A stretch of DNA of 64,000 nt from Synechococcus sp. (GTDB taxonomy: Bacteria > Cyanobacteriota > Cyanobacteriia > PCC-6307 > Cyanobiaceae), in contig JBJBCN010000002.1 of assembly GCA_047285805.1 (NCBI GenBank), positions 1,328,347 to 1,392,346 of the forward strand. Direction: 5' to 3'. The notes under the pieces are model-generated. The model searched no databases. It was given only the letters and a program-made list of their open reading frames with translations, and was not told the DNA's origin. The translations under genes were made by a program, and so were the position numbers. Positions 27,801 to 37,973 of the stretch are shown here, piece after piece; positions within the stretch are counted from its first letter, which is position 1; each line of letters starts with the position of its first letter.

Positions 27801-28428
27801 CGAACTCAAGAGCCTGCGGCAGCGGATGGAGGCTCTTGAGCCGGTCAACATGCTCGCCCTGCAGGAGCTCGAGGAGCTGGAGACCCGGCTAGCGGACCTG
27901 CAGGAGCGCCTCGATGTCCTCTGCAAGGAGCGCGAGGAACTGCTACTGCGGATCGAGACCGTGGCGACCCTGCGCCAGGAGGCCTTCATGGAGGCCTTCA
28001 AGGCCGTCGATGAACACTTCCGCGACATCTTTGCGGGCCTCTCCGATGGCGAAGGATTCCTGCAACTGGAGAACCCCGAGGCACCGCTCGAAGGGGGGCT
28101 GAACCTCGTGGCCCACCCCAAGGGAAAAGCGGTACGCCGCCTGGCCTCCATGAGCGGTGGCGAAAAGTCCCTGACCGCCCTGAGCTTCCTCTTTGCGCTG
28201 CAGCGCTTCCGTCCCTCCCCCTTCTATGCCCTCGATGAGGTCGACAGCTTCCTCGATGGCGTCAACGTCGAGCGTTTGGCCACATTGATCGCCCAGCAGG
28301 CCGATGCCGCCCAGTTCCTCGTGGTCAGCCACCGCCGTCCGATGATTGGAGCAGCCACCCGCACCATCGGTGTGACACAGGCCCGCGGTGCCCACACCCA
28401 AGTGGTGGGATTACCCCAAGCGGCGTAA
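24823..28428 (+). CDS. smc: Chromosome segregation protein SMC
   Basis: FKSF, GPNGSGKSN, hinge GRLTFLPL, SGGEKSL, LDEVD. Confidence 0.97.
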   Translation: MVHINQVELTHFKSFGGSVSIPLDEGFTVVTGPNGSGKSNILDGVLFCLGLASSRGMRADRLPDLVNSSKLKQGKAAETVVSVRFDLSEWQPDEAEQGLEAPEEGPWIKPGQTEWTVTRRLRIAPGGTYASTYSADGVPCNLQQLQTQLRRLRVDPEGSNVVMQGDVTRIVSMSSRDRRGIIDELAGVALFDSRIEQTRSKLSDVQDREERCAIVQQELLVSRQKLERDCAKARTYQELRDRFQRGRLQEQVLGFEQAESQFKQLQSRQEALKHQQDSERQSVIEGRTALESAATALEALQAEVKALGEDQLLAVQSELAGLEASSRELSRQAEKHQQGAEELQRQRMELGRHQADLKQQQSQLNSADDQASLEQAEANCRGAEAAVELSRRRLGEVAGRSGSWLEEQKKRSRQRQDIQSKLSPLQAEQQQLVERLRQEEERLGELQEQLQQDSASSDGVSSSLTALAKEWQQLLDDLKAQQTRAQEIAEALALQQRTRQRLEQEQVSLEREIARMESRRETIQESRGTGALRLLLEAGLEGIHGPVAQLGDVEEAHRLALEVAAGARLGQVVVDDDRIAARAIDLLKSRRAGRLTFLPLNKIRGGGAAMRNGAAFERGGSAVGGDGLVGRAVELVRFEPVYGEVFRYVFGDTLVFRDLASARRELGRCRAVTLDGELLEKSGAMTGGSFQQRGNQLSFGAASDADEAEPLRRRLLELGETLLACKRKESDLGRALEELRPQLSRLEQRKAALEAERMAAQRSHGPLQERRDQLTTRIKQIETDLSGGQQRLQTIATELSPLQQSLQELEASETSAQASGDSERWQGLQQELEVADAALTKARQERDNLLAARRERGLAAERVSSQLQALGGEEQRLAQAVNALIAERSQWKEQHQADQQKRSELETKQQELQTRFGERRRARDEAEAQLAKQRQGLQQQEWELQRLGEELLALAEEERSSGARLEQLQLELPDPLPEIPDEVRENGLEALQAELKSLRQRMEALEPVNMLALQELEELETRLADLQERLDVLCKEREELLLRIETVATLRQEAFMEAFKAVDEHFRDIFAGLSDGEGFLQLENPEAPLEGGLNLVAHPKGKAVRRLASMSGGEKSLTALSFLFALQRFRPSPFYALDEVDSFLDGVNVERLATLIAQQADAAQFLVVSHRRPMIGAATRTIGVTQARGAHTQVVGLPQAA

Positions 28429-28463
28429 CCAAGCCCCGCCAGCTTTTCGGTCAAAATGCGCCC

Positions 28464-29387
28464 ATGACAAGCACCCCACCCGGAAGCGACCCCGCGGCCA
28501 CCCCAAGCGATCGCCTTTGGCTGCGCTCGGAGCTTATGGGCACCCAGGTGATCACCCGCGACACCGGACGGCGTCTGGGTGTGGTGGGCGAAGTCGTCGT
28601 CGATATCGACCGCCGCGAGGTGGTCTCCCTGGGCCTGCGCGACAACCCGCTGACCCGTTTCCTGCCGGGCCTGCCACGCTGGATGCCCCTGGAGAGCATT
28701 CGCCAGGTGGGCGACGTGATCCTGGTGGATTCCGCGGACTCTCTCTCCGAGAACTTCGATCCGGACCGGTACTCCCGGGTGATCAACTGCCAGGTGATCA
28801 CCGAATCGGGCGAACAGCTGGGCCGGGTGCTGGGCTTCAGCTTTGACATCGAAACCGGCGAGCTCACCACCTTGGTGATCGGGGCCGTCGGCGTTCCCCT
28901 GCTCGGGGAAGGGGTGCTGAGCACCTGGGAGCTGACCGTTGAGGAGATCGTCAGCAGCGGACCCGACCGAATCATTGTTTATGAGGGCGCCGAGGAGAAG
29001 CTGAAGCAACTCGGCACCGGACTGCTGGAGAAGCTGGGCGTCGGTGGACCGAGCTGGGAGCAGGAGGAGCGCGAGCGCTATCGCCTCAACATGGTTCCGG
29101 TTGAGAACCAGCTGGCCGCCGGTCAACCAACGGCCCAAGAGGAACAGCGCCGGATTGCACCGGCCACCAATCGCCGCTTCGAGCCGGAAGAGGATTACGA
29201 CTACGTCGAGGTGGAGCAGCGCCGCGAACGGGAGCCCCTGCGCCAGCGCCGCTATCTGGACGACGAGCCCACGCCACGCCGCTATGTGCGTGATGAGTCC
29301 CCGCTGGACGTGGAGCCCTATGAGCCCTACGACGAGCGGGCACCCATACCGCGACGGCGGGAGCCCTCCGGCGGCGATCCCTGGTGA
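28464..29387 (+). CDS. PRC-barrel domain protein
   Basis: Two PRC-barrel-like repeats (G..LG.V), charged tail. Confidence 0.85.
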   Translation: MTSTPPGSDPAATPSDRLWLRSELMGTQVITRDTGRRLGVVGEVVVDIDRREVVSLGLRDNPLTRFLPGLPRWMPLESIRQVGDVILVDSADSLSENFDPDRYSRVINCQVITESGEQLGRVLGFSFDIETGELTTLVIGAVGVPLLGEGVLSTWELTVEEIVSSGPDRIIVYEGAEEKLKQLGTGLLEKLGVGGPSWEQEERERYRLNMVPVENQLAAGQPTAQEEQRRIAPATNRRFEPEEDYDYVEVEQRREREPLRQRRYLDDEPTPRRYVRDESPLDVEPYEPYDERAPIPRRREPSGGDPW

Positions 29388-29399
29388 TGGGGGAAGGGA

Positions 29400-29801
29400 C
29401 TAGACCTTCTCCTCCTTGAAGTTCAGGGACGCAGAGTTAACGCAGTAACGCAGCCCGGTGGGTTTGGGACCGTCGTTGAAGACGTGACCTAGGTGGGCGT
29501 CACAGTTGGCGCACTTGATCTCGGTACGGACCATTCCGTGGCTGGTATCAGAGTGGATGCTGATGGCGCCCTCCTTGGCACCATCCCAGAAGCTCGGCCA
29601 GCCGGTGCCCGAGTTGAACTTGGTCTCGGAGCTAAAGAGCTCACTGCCGCAGCAGACGCAGCGGTACATGCCCTTCGCTTTGTTGTCCCAGTAGACCCCG
29701 GTGAAGGCCCGCTCGGTCCCCCCCATCCGGGCCACCTGGAACTGCTCAGGGGTGAGCTTCTCGCGCCATTGCTCGTGGTCGTGCCGGGCGGCGTCAGCCA
29801 T
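29400..29801 (-). CDS. msrB: Methionine-R-sulfoxide reductase
   Basis: GTERAF, GWPSF, HLGHVF.DGP, RYCVNS. Confidence 0.96.
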   Translation of the reverse strand: MADAARHDHEQWREKLTPEQFQVARMGGTERAFTGVYWDNKAKGMYRCVCCGSELFSSETKFNSGTGWPSFWDGAKEGAISIHSDTSHGMVRTEIKCANCDAHLGHVFNDGPKPTGLRYCVNSASLNFKEEKV

Positions 29802-29830
29802 CGCTGGAGATCCTGCGGATTGCGCTCAAA

Positions 29831-31135
29831 TTAGGCAGCGTCCACAGGGGACGGCGGCAGCAATTCCCGCACCATCGTGGCCAGGGCCGCCACGGCACCG
29901 GGCTGCCCTCTCAGGCTGCGCAGGTCCTCCCGCATCCCCTCCAACCGCTGGGGATGGGACAACCAATCGGTGGCTTCCGCGGCGATCTCCTCAGGCGTGA
30001 TCGCCCCGACACGCTCGGGCACCACCTGACGTTCCGCCGAGATGTTCGGCCAGGCCAAGAAGCCGTGGTTGCGCATCCGCCAGGCGGTCAAGGCCGCCCC
30101 CAACAGCCAGCGCAGCAAGGGCAAGCGAGCCAGGATCCCGATGCCCCCATCCCAGGCCTGCATCACATGCAGGTGCTGCGTGGGCACCAGAACGATCATC
30201 GGGACCCCAAGGGCCCCCAACTCCGCCGTGTTCGCCCCGACCGTGGTCAGCGCCAATTGGCATTGGCTGAGCACCCCATGGGCGGGCTGCTCCTCCACCA
30301 AACGAATTCGTGAGCCGGCAGGGGTGATCAGATCCTCGCCCTCAAGCCAGGGCTCCCCGGAGCCGTAGTGCTGGGCAATCGGATTGGCCGCGCTGCCATA
30401 AGCCACCAGCTCTGCAACGCTTGTGGTGGGGGCAACGGGCAGCAGAAAGCGGCAGCCGGGCCGCTGGGCGGCCAGGCGATCGGCGGCCTCCAGCAAAAAC
30501 GGCATGCCCACCTGGAGCTTCGCCCTCTTGGATCCGGGCATCAACGCCACCCATTCGCCCTGGGGCAGGGGGCGCTCCGAACGGGCGGCCTCCGAGAGAT
30601 CGGCCATCAAGTCCCCCACCACTTGGCAGCGGGGCTGCCAGCGGCGGGAGAGGCGATCCGCGGCCGCTGGCCCCATCGCTGCAATCCGGTCGTTCCAGCG
30701 GGGCCAGCGGGCCACCCATTCGGCGTAGGTGATGTGGCGATAGCCCAGGCGGGCCGAGAGGAGCACCGTCCAGAACTGATCACCGCCGAGGAAGACCACC
30801 ACACCGCGCCGTGGCCACCGCCCCCAGCGCTGCGGGCACAGCAGCAGGCTCCAGAAGCGTTTGGCGGGGCTGATCCGCTCAAACAGACCCATCCGCTCCG
30901 CCACCTGGTGCTCAATGCCCGTGGCATTGGGGCATGGAACCAGCACCAGCTGTAGCGCCATCTCCGCCCCTGGTATCACCGGGCGCAGGTCCAGTTCACG
31001 GTGAAGGCGCTGGGCCAGGGGGCGCACCCAAGTGGCAAGTTCGCCGGGGCCATTACAAACCAGGACGATGCATGCTGGATCACTCCCGCCAGGGGGGGAA
31101 TGCTGTTGCTGTTGCTCAGCGGCGGCAGGCTTCAC
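29831..31135 (-). CDS. Lipid-A-disaccharide synthase-related glycosyltransferase
   Basis: NGPGE, LMPGSK, TTVGANTAEL. Confidence 0.75.
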   Translation of the reverse strand: MKPAAAEQQQQHSPPGGSDPACIVLVCNGPGELATWVRPLAQRLHRELDLRPVIPGAEMALQLVLVPCPNATGIEHQVAERMGLFERISPAKRFWSLLLCPQRWGRWPRRGVVVFLGGDQFWTVLLSARLGYRHITYAEWVARWPRWNDRIAAMGPAAADRLSRRWQPRCQVVGDLMADLSEAARSERPLPQGEWVALMPGSKRAKLQVGMPFLLEAADRLAAQRPGCRFLLPVAPTTSVAELVAYGSAANPIAQHYGSGEPWLEGEDLITPAGSRIRLVEEQPAHGVLSQCQLALTTVGANTAELGALGVPMIVLVPTQHLHVMQAWDGGIGILARLPLLRWLLGAALTAWRMRNHGFLAWPNISAERQVVPERVGAITPEEIAAEATDWLSHPQRLEGMREDLRSLRGQPGAVAALATMVRELLPPSPVDAA

Positions 31136-31154
31136 GCTGCGGAGCTTTGAAGAA

Positions 31155-31236
31155 TGCGGATGGCGAGACTTGAACTCGCAAGACCGAAGTCACACGCCCC
31201 TCAAACGTGCGTGTCTACCAATTCCACCACATCCGC
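31155..31236 (-). tRNA. trnL: tRNA-Leu(GAG)
   Basis: 82-nt cloverleaf with long variable arm, anticodon GAG. Confidence 0.96.
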
Positions 31237-31448
31237 GTGGTAGTGAGAGCCCACACCAGAACGATGTCCTAGACTGGATTCTCGGGGGGAATGCACCACC
31301 GAGAAACGGTGGCGTGAGGGGTGCAGCGCTGATGCACTGCCCAGGCAATATACCCATCACCTGACCCCGCTCAGCAACGGGAGGGTCTCGGTCAACACTG
31401 ATACAGTCCCACCGGCCTGCCCTGCCGGATTCGCCGGACTGCCACTGG

Positions 31449-32801
31449 ATGCCCATCGGCAAACTGCTGATCGCCAACCGCGGCGAAATTGCTCTTCGGA
31501 TCCTGCGCACCTGCAGGGAATTGGGTATTCCCACCGTGGCCGTCTACAGCACGGTTGATCGCAACGCCCTGCACGTTCAACTGGCTGACGAAGCGGTCTG
31601 CATCGGCGATGCACCGAGCAGCAAGAGCTACCTCAATATCCCCAACATCCTCGCGGCAGCGACCTCGAGGGACGCCGACGCGATCCACCCCGGCTATGGC
31701 TTCCTGGCCGAGAACGACAAGTTCGCCGAAATCTGCGCCGACCACGGCCTGACCTTTGTTGGCCCCTCGCCCGAGTCGATCCGCTCGATGGGCGATAAGT
31801 CCACGGCCAAGGCCACCATGCAGAAGGTGGGAGTCCCCACCATCCCCGGCAGCGAAGGCCTGCTGGAGAACGTGGACGATGCCCGCAGCCTGGCGGAGTC
31901 CATGGGCTACCCCGTGATGATTAAGGCGACCGCCGGTGGCGGTGGCCGCGGGATGCGCCTGGTTCCCTCAGCGGACCAACTCGACAACCTCTTCAAGGCC
32001 GCCCAAGGGGAGGCGGAAGCCGCCTTTGGCAACCCCGGTCTCTACATGGAGAAGTTCATCGACCGGCCCCGGCACGTCGAGGTTCAGGTGCTGGCTGACC
32101 GCCATGGAAACGTGGTCCATGTCGGAGAGAGAGACTGCTCCATTCAGCGACGTCACCAAAAGCTACTCGAGGAAGCCCCGAGCGTGGCTATCGACGCAGA
32201 ACTGCGCCGGCGCATGGGCCAGGCCGCCGTCGCCGCAGCTCGCACGATTGGCTACGAGGGCGCCGGCACCGTGGAGTTCCTGGTGGATCGCACCGGCAAC
32301 TTCTATTTCATGGAGATGAACACCCGCATTCAAGTCGAGCATCCCGTGACCGAGATGGTCAGCGGTGTAGACCTGATTGCCGAGCAACTGCGCATCGCCG
32401 GCGGTAAGCCCATCTCAGTCAGCCAGGACCAGATCAAACTCACCGGCCACGCCATTGAAGTCCGGATCAACGCAGAGGACCCCCGCCAAAACTTCCGGCC
32501 TGCCCCCGGCAAGATCACCGGTTGGCTTCCGCCCGGCGGCCCCGGGGTTCGCTTCGACAGCCACGTCTACACGGGCTATGAGATCCCGCCCTTCTACGAC
32601 TCCTTGATCGGCAAGCTGATCGTCTGGGGCAAGGACCGCGATCACGCCCTGAAGCGCCTGCGCCGCGCCCTGGCGGAATGTGCCGTTACCGGGATTCCCA
32701 CCACAATTGATTTCCACCTACAACTGCTGGAGCGCCCGGAGTTCATCTCCGGTGACGTGCACACCAAGTTCGTTGAGCAGGAGATGCTGCCGAACGGCTA
32801 A
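31449..32801 (+). CDS. accC: Acetyl-CoA carboxylase biotin carboxylase subunit
   Basis: [25 protein letters not shown]. Confidence 0.97.
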   Translation: MPIGKLLIANRGEIALRILRTCRELGIPTVAVYSTVDRNALHVQLADEAVCIGDAPSSKSYLNIPNILAAATSRDADAIHPGYGFLAENDKFAEICADHGLTFVGPSPESIRSMGDKSTAKATMQKVGVPTIPGSEGLLENVDDARSLAESMGYPVMIKATAGGGGRGMRLVPSADQLDNLFKAAQGEAEAAFGNPGLYMEKFIDRPRHVEVQVLADRHGNVVHVGERDCSIQRRHQKLLEEAPSVAIDAELRRRMGQAAVAAARTIGYEGAGTVEFLVDRTGNFYFMEMNTRIQVEHPVTEMVSGVDLIAEQLRIAGGKPISVSQDQIKLTGHAIEVRINAEDPRQNFRPAPGKITGWLPPGGPGVRFDSHVYTGYEIPPFYDSLIGKLIVWGKDRDHALKRLRRALAECAVTGIPTTIDFHLQLLERPEFISGDVHTKFVEQEMLPNG

Positions 32802-33142
32802 GCCTGCAGCACGCTCAAGCGCATCACCATCTGGGTCAGCAGCCCCTGCTGACCCACCAACAGCTCTCGAATCAGGCTGACCAGCCCCACCCAGATCACG
32901 GGGGTGACATCCACCCCGCCGATCGGAGCGATCAACTTGCGGCTGACGGCAAGCACCGGCTCAGTCGGAATCGCCACCAGCTTCCAAAACCCCTGGCTGA
33001 GATCCACCTGCGGGTACCAGGTCAGAACGATCCGGAACAAGAACAGCAAGGTCCAGGCCGAGAGCACCAGACCCAGGCCCACTGCAAAGGGCGGCAGCAC
33101 AAGACGGAGCAGTTCCAAGCTGGAGCCATCAGTTCCCGTCAC
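32798..33142 (-). CDS. YggT family membrane protein
   Basis: [14 protein letters not shown]...PIGGVDVTP. Confidence 0.88.
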   Translation of the reverse strand: MTGTDGSSLELLRLVLPPFAVGLGLVLSAWTLLFLFRIVLTWYPQVDLSQGFWKLVAIPTEPVLAVSRKLIAPIGGVDVTPVIWVGLVSLIRELLVGQQGLLTQMVMRLSVLQA

Positions 33143-33219
33143 AAAGCCCTAAGCAGCGGCTACGCAATCGTAGGAAGTTGCCATCACTGCCTAGGATTAC
33201 CCGCGGATTCGGCACAGTC

Positions 33220-33342
33220 ATGACCCCTTCCCTCGCCAATTTTCTGAGCAGCCTTCTCTGGGGCGCCGTGATCGTGGTCATCCCTGTGGCAGCCGCAGTG
33301 ATCCTGATCAGCCAGAACGACCGGGTCGACCGCAAGCTCTGA
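33220..33342 (+). CDS. psbX: Photosystem II protein PsbX (absent from the ORF track)
   Basis: MTPSLANFLSSLLWGAVIVVIPVAAAVILISQNDRVDRKL. Confidence 0.93.
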   Translation: MTPSLANFLSSLLWGAVIVVIPVAAAVILISQNDRVDRKL

Positions 33343-33408
33343 TTCCGCTTCGGCTGCCGGGCCGGTCTCGACGCCCGCCCTAGAGTGGCCTGAAAGGGCA
33401 ATCGATCT

Positions 33409-34296
33409 GTGGTTAACGCCAGCCTGAATTGGGCCAGCATTGTCGGGATCGTGCTGGCCGTCGGCGGGGCTCTCCTCTATTTCATGAGGAGCTTCAAACC
33501 GGCTCTGGCCCGCGACTACGACGTGTTTTTTGCCGCCGTTGGGCTTCTCTGCGGCGGCATTCTCTTTTTCCAGGGCTGGCGCCTGGATCCGATACTCCAG
33601 TTCGGTCAATTCCTGCTGGCCGCAACCACCGTCTTCTTCGGCTACGAGAGCGTGCGGCTCCGGGGTGTGACAACGGAACAGGCCCGGCGCTCCTCCTACT
33701 TCGACGACGACGACGAACCCAGTCCAAGGCCGCGCATGGGTGGCGGAGGGGACTTCCGCGACGACGCCGACCGCTTTGACGATCCCCAGCCCCTGCGCCG
33801 GCGGATCCGCTCCCGAGAGGACAGCTACGGCGAACGGGAAGAAGATGATTTCTACCGTCCCCGTCGCCCCGCCCGTGCCGCCATCCCCGAGCGGGCCGCG
33901 TCCCGGGATGATTGGCAAGGCCAAGGCGGCCGCTCCGAGCGGGACCGCGAGCCCTCCAGCCGCTTCCGCGCTAGCGGCGCCCCAGCCTCCTCGCCTTCGG
34001 AATTCGGCAGTCGCCGCCAAGGCCGAGAGGATATGCGCCGCGGCAGCCGTCCGACGATTCGCCCTGACGACATGCCCCGCTCCAGCCGTCGCGGCAGCCC
34101 CATGGGGGAGGCCTCCTCGACCCCGAGCACCGGCAATCCGGGTGTGCCCCAAGGGGCTCCCTATCAAGCCAACGCCAAACCAGAATCGGAAGCGGGCGTG
34201 AGTGATGCCGAGTTCCGGCCGGTCAAGCCGGCCGCTGGTGGCAGCACCAACGGATCCCCCCGTCCCCGCGACAACAGTTCCCGCTTCGACGACTGA
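33409..34296 (+). CDS. ycf66: Ycf66 family protein
   Basis: LARDYDVFF, QGWRLDPILQFGQ, charged tail. Confidence 0.9.
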   Translation: MVNASLNWASIVGIVLAVGGALLYFMRSFKPALARDYDVFFAAVGLLCGGILFFQGWRLDPILQFGQFLLAATTVFFGYESVRLRGVTTEQARRSSYFDDDDEPSPRPRMGGGGDFRDDADRFDDPQPLRRRIRSREDSYGEREEDDFYRPRRPARAAIPERAASRDDWQGQGGRSERDREPSSRFRASGAPASSPSEFGSRRQGREDMRRGSRPTIRPDDMPRSSRRGSPMGEASSTPSTGNPGVPQGAPYQANAKPESEAGVSDAEFRPVKPAAGGSTNGSPRPRDNSSRFDD

Positions 34297-34301
34297 GGCC
34301 G

Positions 34302-34841
34302 TTGCACACCCGAGCACTGGTGATGGCTGGCGTGCTGCTGGCCATCGGCGGATGCGGATTGCGCCGGCAGACGGCCAGTCCGATCGGCCTCAATGGGGCT
34401 GAGAACCGCGAGCAGCCGGCCCTGAGCGGCGATGGTCGTTTGCTGGCCTCCCTCGTCGAGCGCGGCGGACGCACCACGGTTCTGCTGCAGGAGCGCCGCA
34501 GCGGCAAGGTGCTGCCCCTGGGGCACCTGCGGAGACATCAACCCCACAGTTCCCCTTCGCTGAGTTGGAACGGCCGCTACCTGGCCCTCTTGATCCAACG
34601 GGGGGCCCGCCGGGAGGCGGTCATTGAAGATCGGGCCAGCGGCGCCCTCCAGCCCCTCTTTCTGCCTGGGAATGCGGAGCCCAGGCGACTCAGCCTGGCG
34701 CCGGATGCCCGCCAACTGGCGGTGGAGCTCACCAGCCAAGGCAGCACGCGGCTGCAGCTCTATGACCTGAGCGGACTGCTGGAGCCGGACCTGGCCCCGG
34801 GTCTGCGCGAGAGCGGCGGTGGACCAGGGGGGCCGCCGTGA
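34302..34841 (+). CDS. TolB-like (PD40 repeat) lipoprotein
   Basis: Lipobox; PALSGDGR and PSLSWNGRY repeats. Confidence 0.75.
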   Translation: MHTRALVMAGVLLAIGGCGLRRQTASPIGLNGAENREQPALSGDGRLLASLVERGGRTTVLLQERRSGKVLPLGHLRRHQPHSSPSLSWNGRYLALLIQRGARREAVIEDRASGALQPLFLPGNAEPRRLSLAPDARQLAVELTSQGSTRLQLYDLSGLLEPDLAPGLRESGGGPGGPP

Positions 34842-35323
34842 CGCGGCGCCTCGTGCTCACAGCCGGCACGGCGCTGCTCCTGCTCAGCGGCTGTGGCGGT
34901 GGACGGCTGCGGCCCCTCGCCGGGCTCAACCAGCAACTCAATCAACTGGGCCAAGGCCGGAGTCCTTCGCTCTCCGGCGGCTGGCTGGCCTTAATCGCCG
35001 CCCGCGGCAGCGGCCGCGTCCAGGTGCAGCTGATCGACGTCAACCGCCGCAACCCCGTCCCCCTGCCCGGGCTGAATCGACCAGATGCCCTGCCGATCAG
35101 CGTCGCCGTGGACCAAAACGCGGAACGCCTCGCCGTCGTGCGCCAACGGGAGGACCGCACCGAATTAGTGCTTTATAAACGCAGACTGCAGGCCACACAA
35201 CTCCTTCCGATGGAGCCCGCCGGGGTGCCGCGTCAAGTGAGCTTCAGCGCCGATGGGCGCGTGCTGGCGGTAGAGGTCAGCCGCGGCGGACTCTGGCAGA
35301 TAGATCTCCTGGAGATCCCCTAG
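34838..35323 (+). CDS. TolB-like lipoprotein
   Basis: LLSGC lipobox; PLPGLN and SFSADGR motifs. Confidence 0.72.
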   Translation: MTRRLVLTAGTALLLLSGCGGGRLRPLAGLNQQLNQLGQGRSPSLSGGWLALIAARGSGRVQVQLIDVNRRNPVPLPGLNRPDALPISVAVDQNAERLAVVRQREDRTELVLYKRRLQATQLLPMEPAGVPRQVSFSADGRVLAVEVSRGGLWQIDLLEIP

Positions 35324-35330
35324 ACGAGCC

Positions 35331-35513
35331 TCAGCCGACGAAGCCGGCCCAACTCAGGAAAGTCTTCCCGCTGATGGCCTCCACCACGAGGATCGCCACG
35401 AAGCCGACCATGGCGAAGCGACCGTTGACCCGCTCGGCATAACCGCTCCACCCGAAGGCCGGAGCGTCATTGGTGGTGGCGCTTGTGGCAGGGACGTCGG
35501 GCGTCTCGGACAT
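35331..35513 (-). CDS. hli: High-light-inducible protein
   Basis: AERVNGRFAMVGF chlorophyll-binding motif. Confidence 0.92.
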   Translation of the reverse strand: MSETPDVPATSATTNDAPAFGWSGYAERVNGRFAMVGFVAILVVEAISGKTFLSWAGFVG

Positions 35514-35520
35514 CGTGGGA

Positions 35521-37512
35521 TCAGGCTCCTGAGCTGAAGTCATAGCTGGTGGCGGGAATCAGCTTCCATCCCCCCTGGCCGTCGAGCTCGAGCACCAGGT
35601 CGTGGAAGCTCTTGAGGCTAGGGCGGTGGCCCACGCTCACGAAGGCCATCTCCCGTTGGGAGAGCAGCTCATAGAGGTGTCTCTCCGTACCCACGTCCAG
35701 GGCACTGGTGGCCTCATCCAGCACCACAAAGCGCGGGGAATTCAGCAACAGGCGAGCAAAGGCCAAGCGCTGCTGCTCGCCCAGCGAGAGCAGCCGCGGC
35801 CAGTCCTGCTTGATGTCGAAATCGGGGTAACGCTGCACCAGGGCCGACAGACGCACCTCGTTCAAAACGCTGCGCAGGTGCTCATCGCTGAAGCGCTGGG
35901 GCTCCTGGGGATAACAGAGCTGCTCCCGCAGGCTGCCCAGAATCATGTAAGGCTTCTGGGGGATGAACAGCAGCTCTGAGAGGGGCGGACGCTGGACCTC
36001 ACCAAGGGCCGCCGGCCAGAGGCCACTGACCAGACGCAGAAAGGAGGTCTTACCGCAGCCGCTGGGGCCCACGACCAACACCCGCTGCCCCGGACCCACC
36101 TCGAGGCTCAAATCCTGAATCAAGCGCCGCTCACTATTGGGGGGCACCAGATCGACGTGACGCACCAACAGCGAACCAGAGGCCCCAGCGCTGGATTGCG
36201 CCTCGCTCAAACGCTGCTGCTCGGCGTTGAACTCGCTAATGGCTTCGACCTTGCCCTGGAACCCCTCCAGACGGCTAATCGATGCGGAGAAGGCGGCCAG
36301 GCGGTCGATGTTGTTGACGATGAAACTCACCGAGAACAGCACCTGGGAGAAGGCAATCCCGGCCTGGGCGAAGACCCCGAAATCCACCTCCTTGGCGAAG
36401 TAGATCGGAGCGATCACCAACCATGGCAAAAAGCGTGAGAAATAGTCATAAGAGCGCTGAATCACGCTGATCAGTGCTTCCCAAATGATCAGCTTGTTGT
36501 AGTTCTGAATCGCCCCACCAAGGCGCCGCTCCGCCTCCCGTGATTCCTGCTGCTCACCGCGGTAGAAGGCGATCGATTCGGCGTTATCGCGGATGTGCAC
36601 CAAGCCGTAACGGAAGTCGGCTTCCAGGCGCAACTGGTCGTAGTTCAGAGCCACCAGCTTGCGGCTGGCGAAGACGATCACGGCCGTCCCGCCCAGGGAA
36701 TAGATCAGCAGCCATAGGGCCAGGGTCGAGCTGATCGTCCACAGCACCACTATGAAGCTGAGAAAGGTCAAAACGGCAGACACGACCTCGACACTGACGC
36801 TCAGGCTGGTGCCCGTGAAGCTGGCGGTGTCCTGGGAGATCCGTTGGTCCGGGTTATCAATTTCTTCGGCCGCCTCATCGTTGGGATTGAGGACGTAGTA
36901 AGCGCGATTAGTCAGGTAGCGCCGCAAAAGGCGGCCACTGAGCCATTCCCGCCACAACAAACCCAAGCGGGGAATCAGGTAGCTCTGCAGGGCCCGGATC
37001 GGCAACGCCAGCACCAAGCAGAAGGCGTAGATCGCGACGATCTGCCAGAACTCTTCGACCTTGTAGGTGACAAGAGCGTTTTCAACGTTGCGGGCGACAT
37101 AGCTGATGCCGACGTTGATCCCGTTGATCACCAGGATCAGCAGGGTGATCACACCGAGCATCAGCCACGGGAGCCAGCGCCCCTGACGCAACTTGCTGCG
37201 CAGGGAGACAAAACTGCCGACCCCTGCCGCAAACAGGACCATCAAGATCGGTCCGGCGGGACTGGCCCAAATCGAAGCCACCTGCTCGGGCACCCCTGGC
37301 AGGAAACGGGCCTGAAACTCAGGCAGCAGCGCAACACTCAGGGCGATGACCCCACTGAGCAGCAACAGGGTGCTGCCGGCCACGACCGCCAACAGAGCCA
37401 GAATCAGCAGCAGGAACTGCCAACCACTGGTCTCCTCAACGGGAAGGAAGTAGGGCTGAGCCAGCCGCTGCAGCTTGATGAGCTGACGGCGGAAGGCCTG
37501 CAGGGGATTCAT
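35521..37512 (-). CDS. ABC transporter fused permease/ATPase (ABCD/YddA-like)
   Basis: DNPDQRI, EADFRY, GPSGCGKT, LSLGEQQR. Confidence 0.92.
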   Translation of the reverse strand: MNPLQAFRRQLIKLQRLAQPYFLPVEETSGWQFLLLILALLAVVAGSTLLLLSGVIALSVALLPEFQARFLPGVPEQVASIWASPAGPILMVLFAAGVGSFVSLRSKLRQGRWLPWLMLGVITLLILVINGINVGISYVARNVENALVTYKVEEFWQIVAIYAFCLVLALPIRALQSYLIPRLGLLWREWLSGRLLRRYLTNRAYYVLNPNDEAAEEIDNPDQRISQDTASFTGTSLSVSVEVVSAVLTFLSFIVVLWTISSTLALWLLIYSLGGTAVIVFASRKLVALNYDQLRLEADFRYGLVHIRDNAESIAFYRGEQQESREAERRLGGAIQNYNKLIIWEALISVIQRSYDYFSRFLPWLVIAPIYFAKEVDFGVFAQAGIAFSQVLFSVSFIVNNIDRLAAFSASISRLEGFQGKVEAISEFNAEQQRLSEAQSSAGASGSLLVRHVDLVPPNSERRLIQDLSLEVGPGQRVLVVGPSGCGKTSFLRLVSGLWPAALGEVQRPPLSELLFIPQKPYMILGSLREQLCYPQEPQRFSDEHLRSVLNEVRLSALVQRYPDFDIKQDWPRLLSLGEQQRLAFARLLLNSPRFVVLDEATSALDVGTERHLYELLSQREMAFVSVGHRPSLKSFHDLVLELDGQGGWKLIPATSYDFSSGA

Positions 37513-37550
37513 GAGGGCGCTCAGATGCCTTCATTCTCGCCGCTTGCAAC

Positions 37551-37913
37551 TCAGCCTGGAGGCCAAGCCAAGGGACGGCCACCGATCACGTGCACATGCA
37601 GGTGGAAGACGGTCTGGCCGGCCTCCTCGCCGCTGTTGATGACCGTGCGGAAGCCCGTAAGCCCCTCCTGCTTGGCCACCTTGGCGGCCACCAGCAGCAG
37701 ATGGCCCAGCAATGACGCCTGGCAGGCCTCGGCCTCCGCCAGGTTCACCACGTGCTCGCGCGGGATCACCAGGATGTGGACCGGAGCCTGGGGAGCCACG
37801 TCGCGAAAAGCCAGACACTGTCCATCGGCATAGACCTGATCGCAGGGAATCTCCCCCCGCAGGATCCGGCCAAAAATCGTGTCGTTTCTAGCGAGGTCAG
37901 CGGCGTCGGCCAT
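37551..37913 (-). CDS. Histidine triad (HIT) nucleotide-binding protein
   Basis: QTVFHLHVHVIGG. Confidence 0.95.
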   Translation of the reverse strand: MADAADLARNDTIFGRILRGEIPCDQVYADGQCLAFRDVAPQAPVHILVIPREHVVNLAEAEACQASLLGHLLLVAAKVAKQEGLTGFRTVINSGEEAGQTVFHLHVHVIGGRPLAWPPG

Positions 37914-37973
37914 GGGTTCAGGCAGCTGGTGAAACAGCGGTGGAACTTCGAAACCAGCGCTGTCCTTAAGCCG

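Noticed and set aside
31155..31236. tRNA-Leu as an integration site
   Set aside because: No duplicated 3' end or adjacent integrase seen
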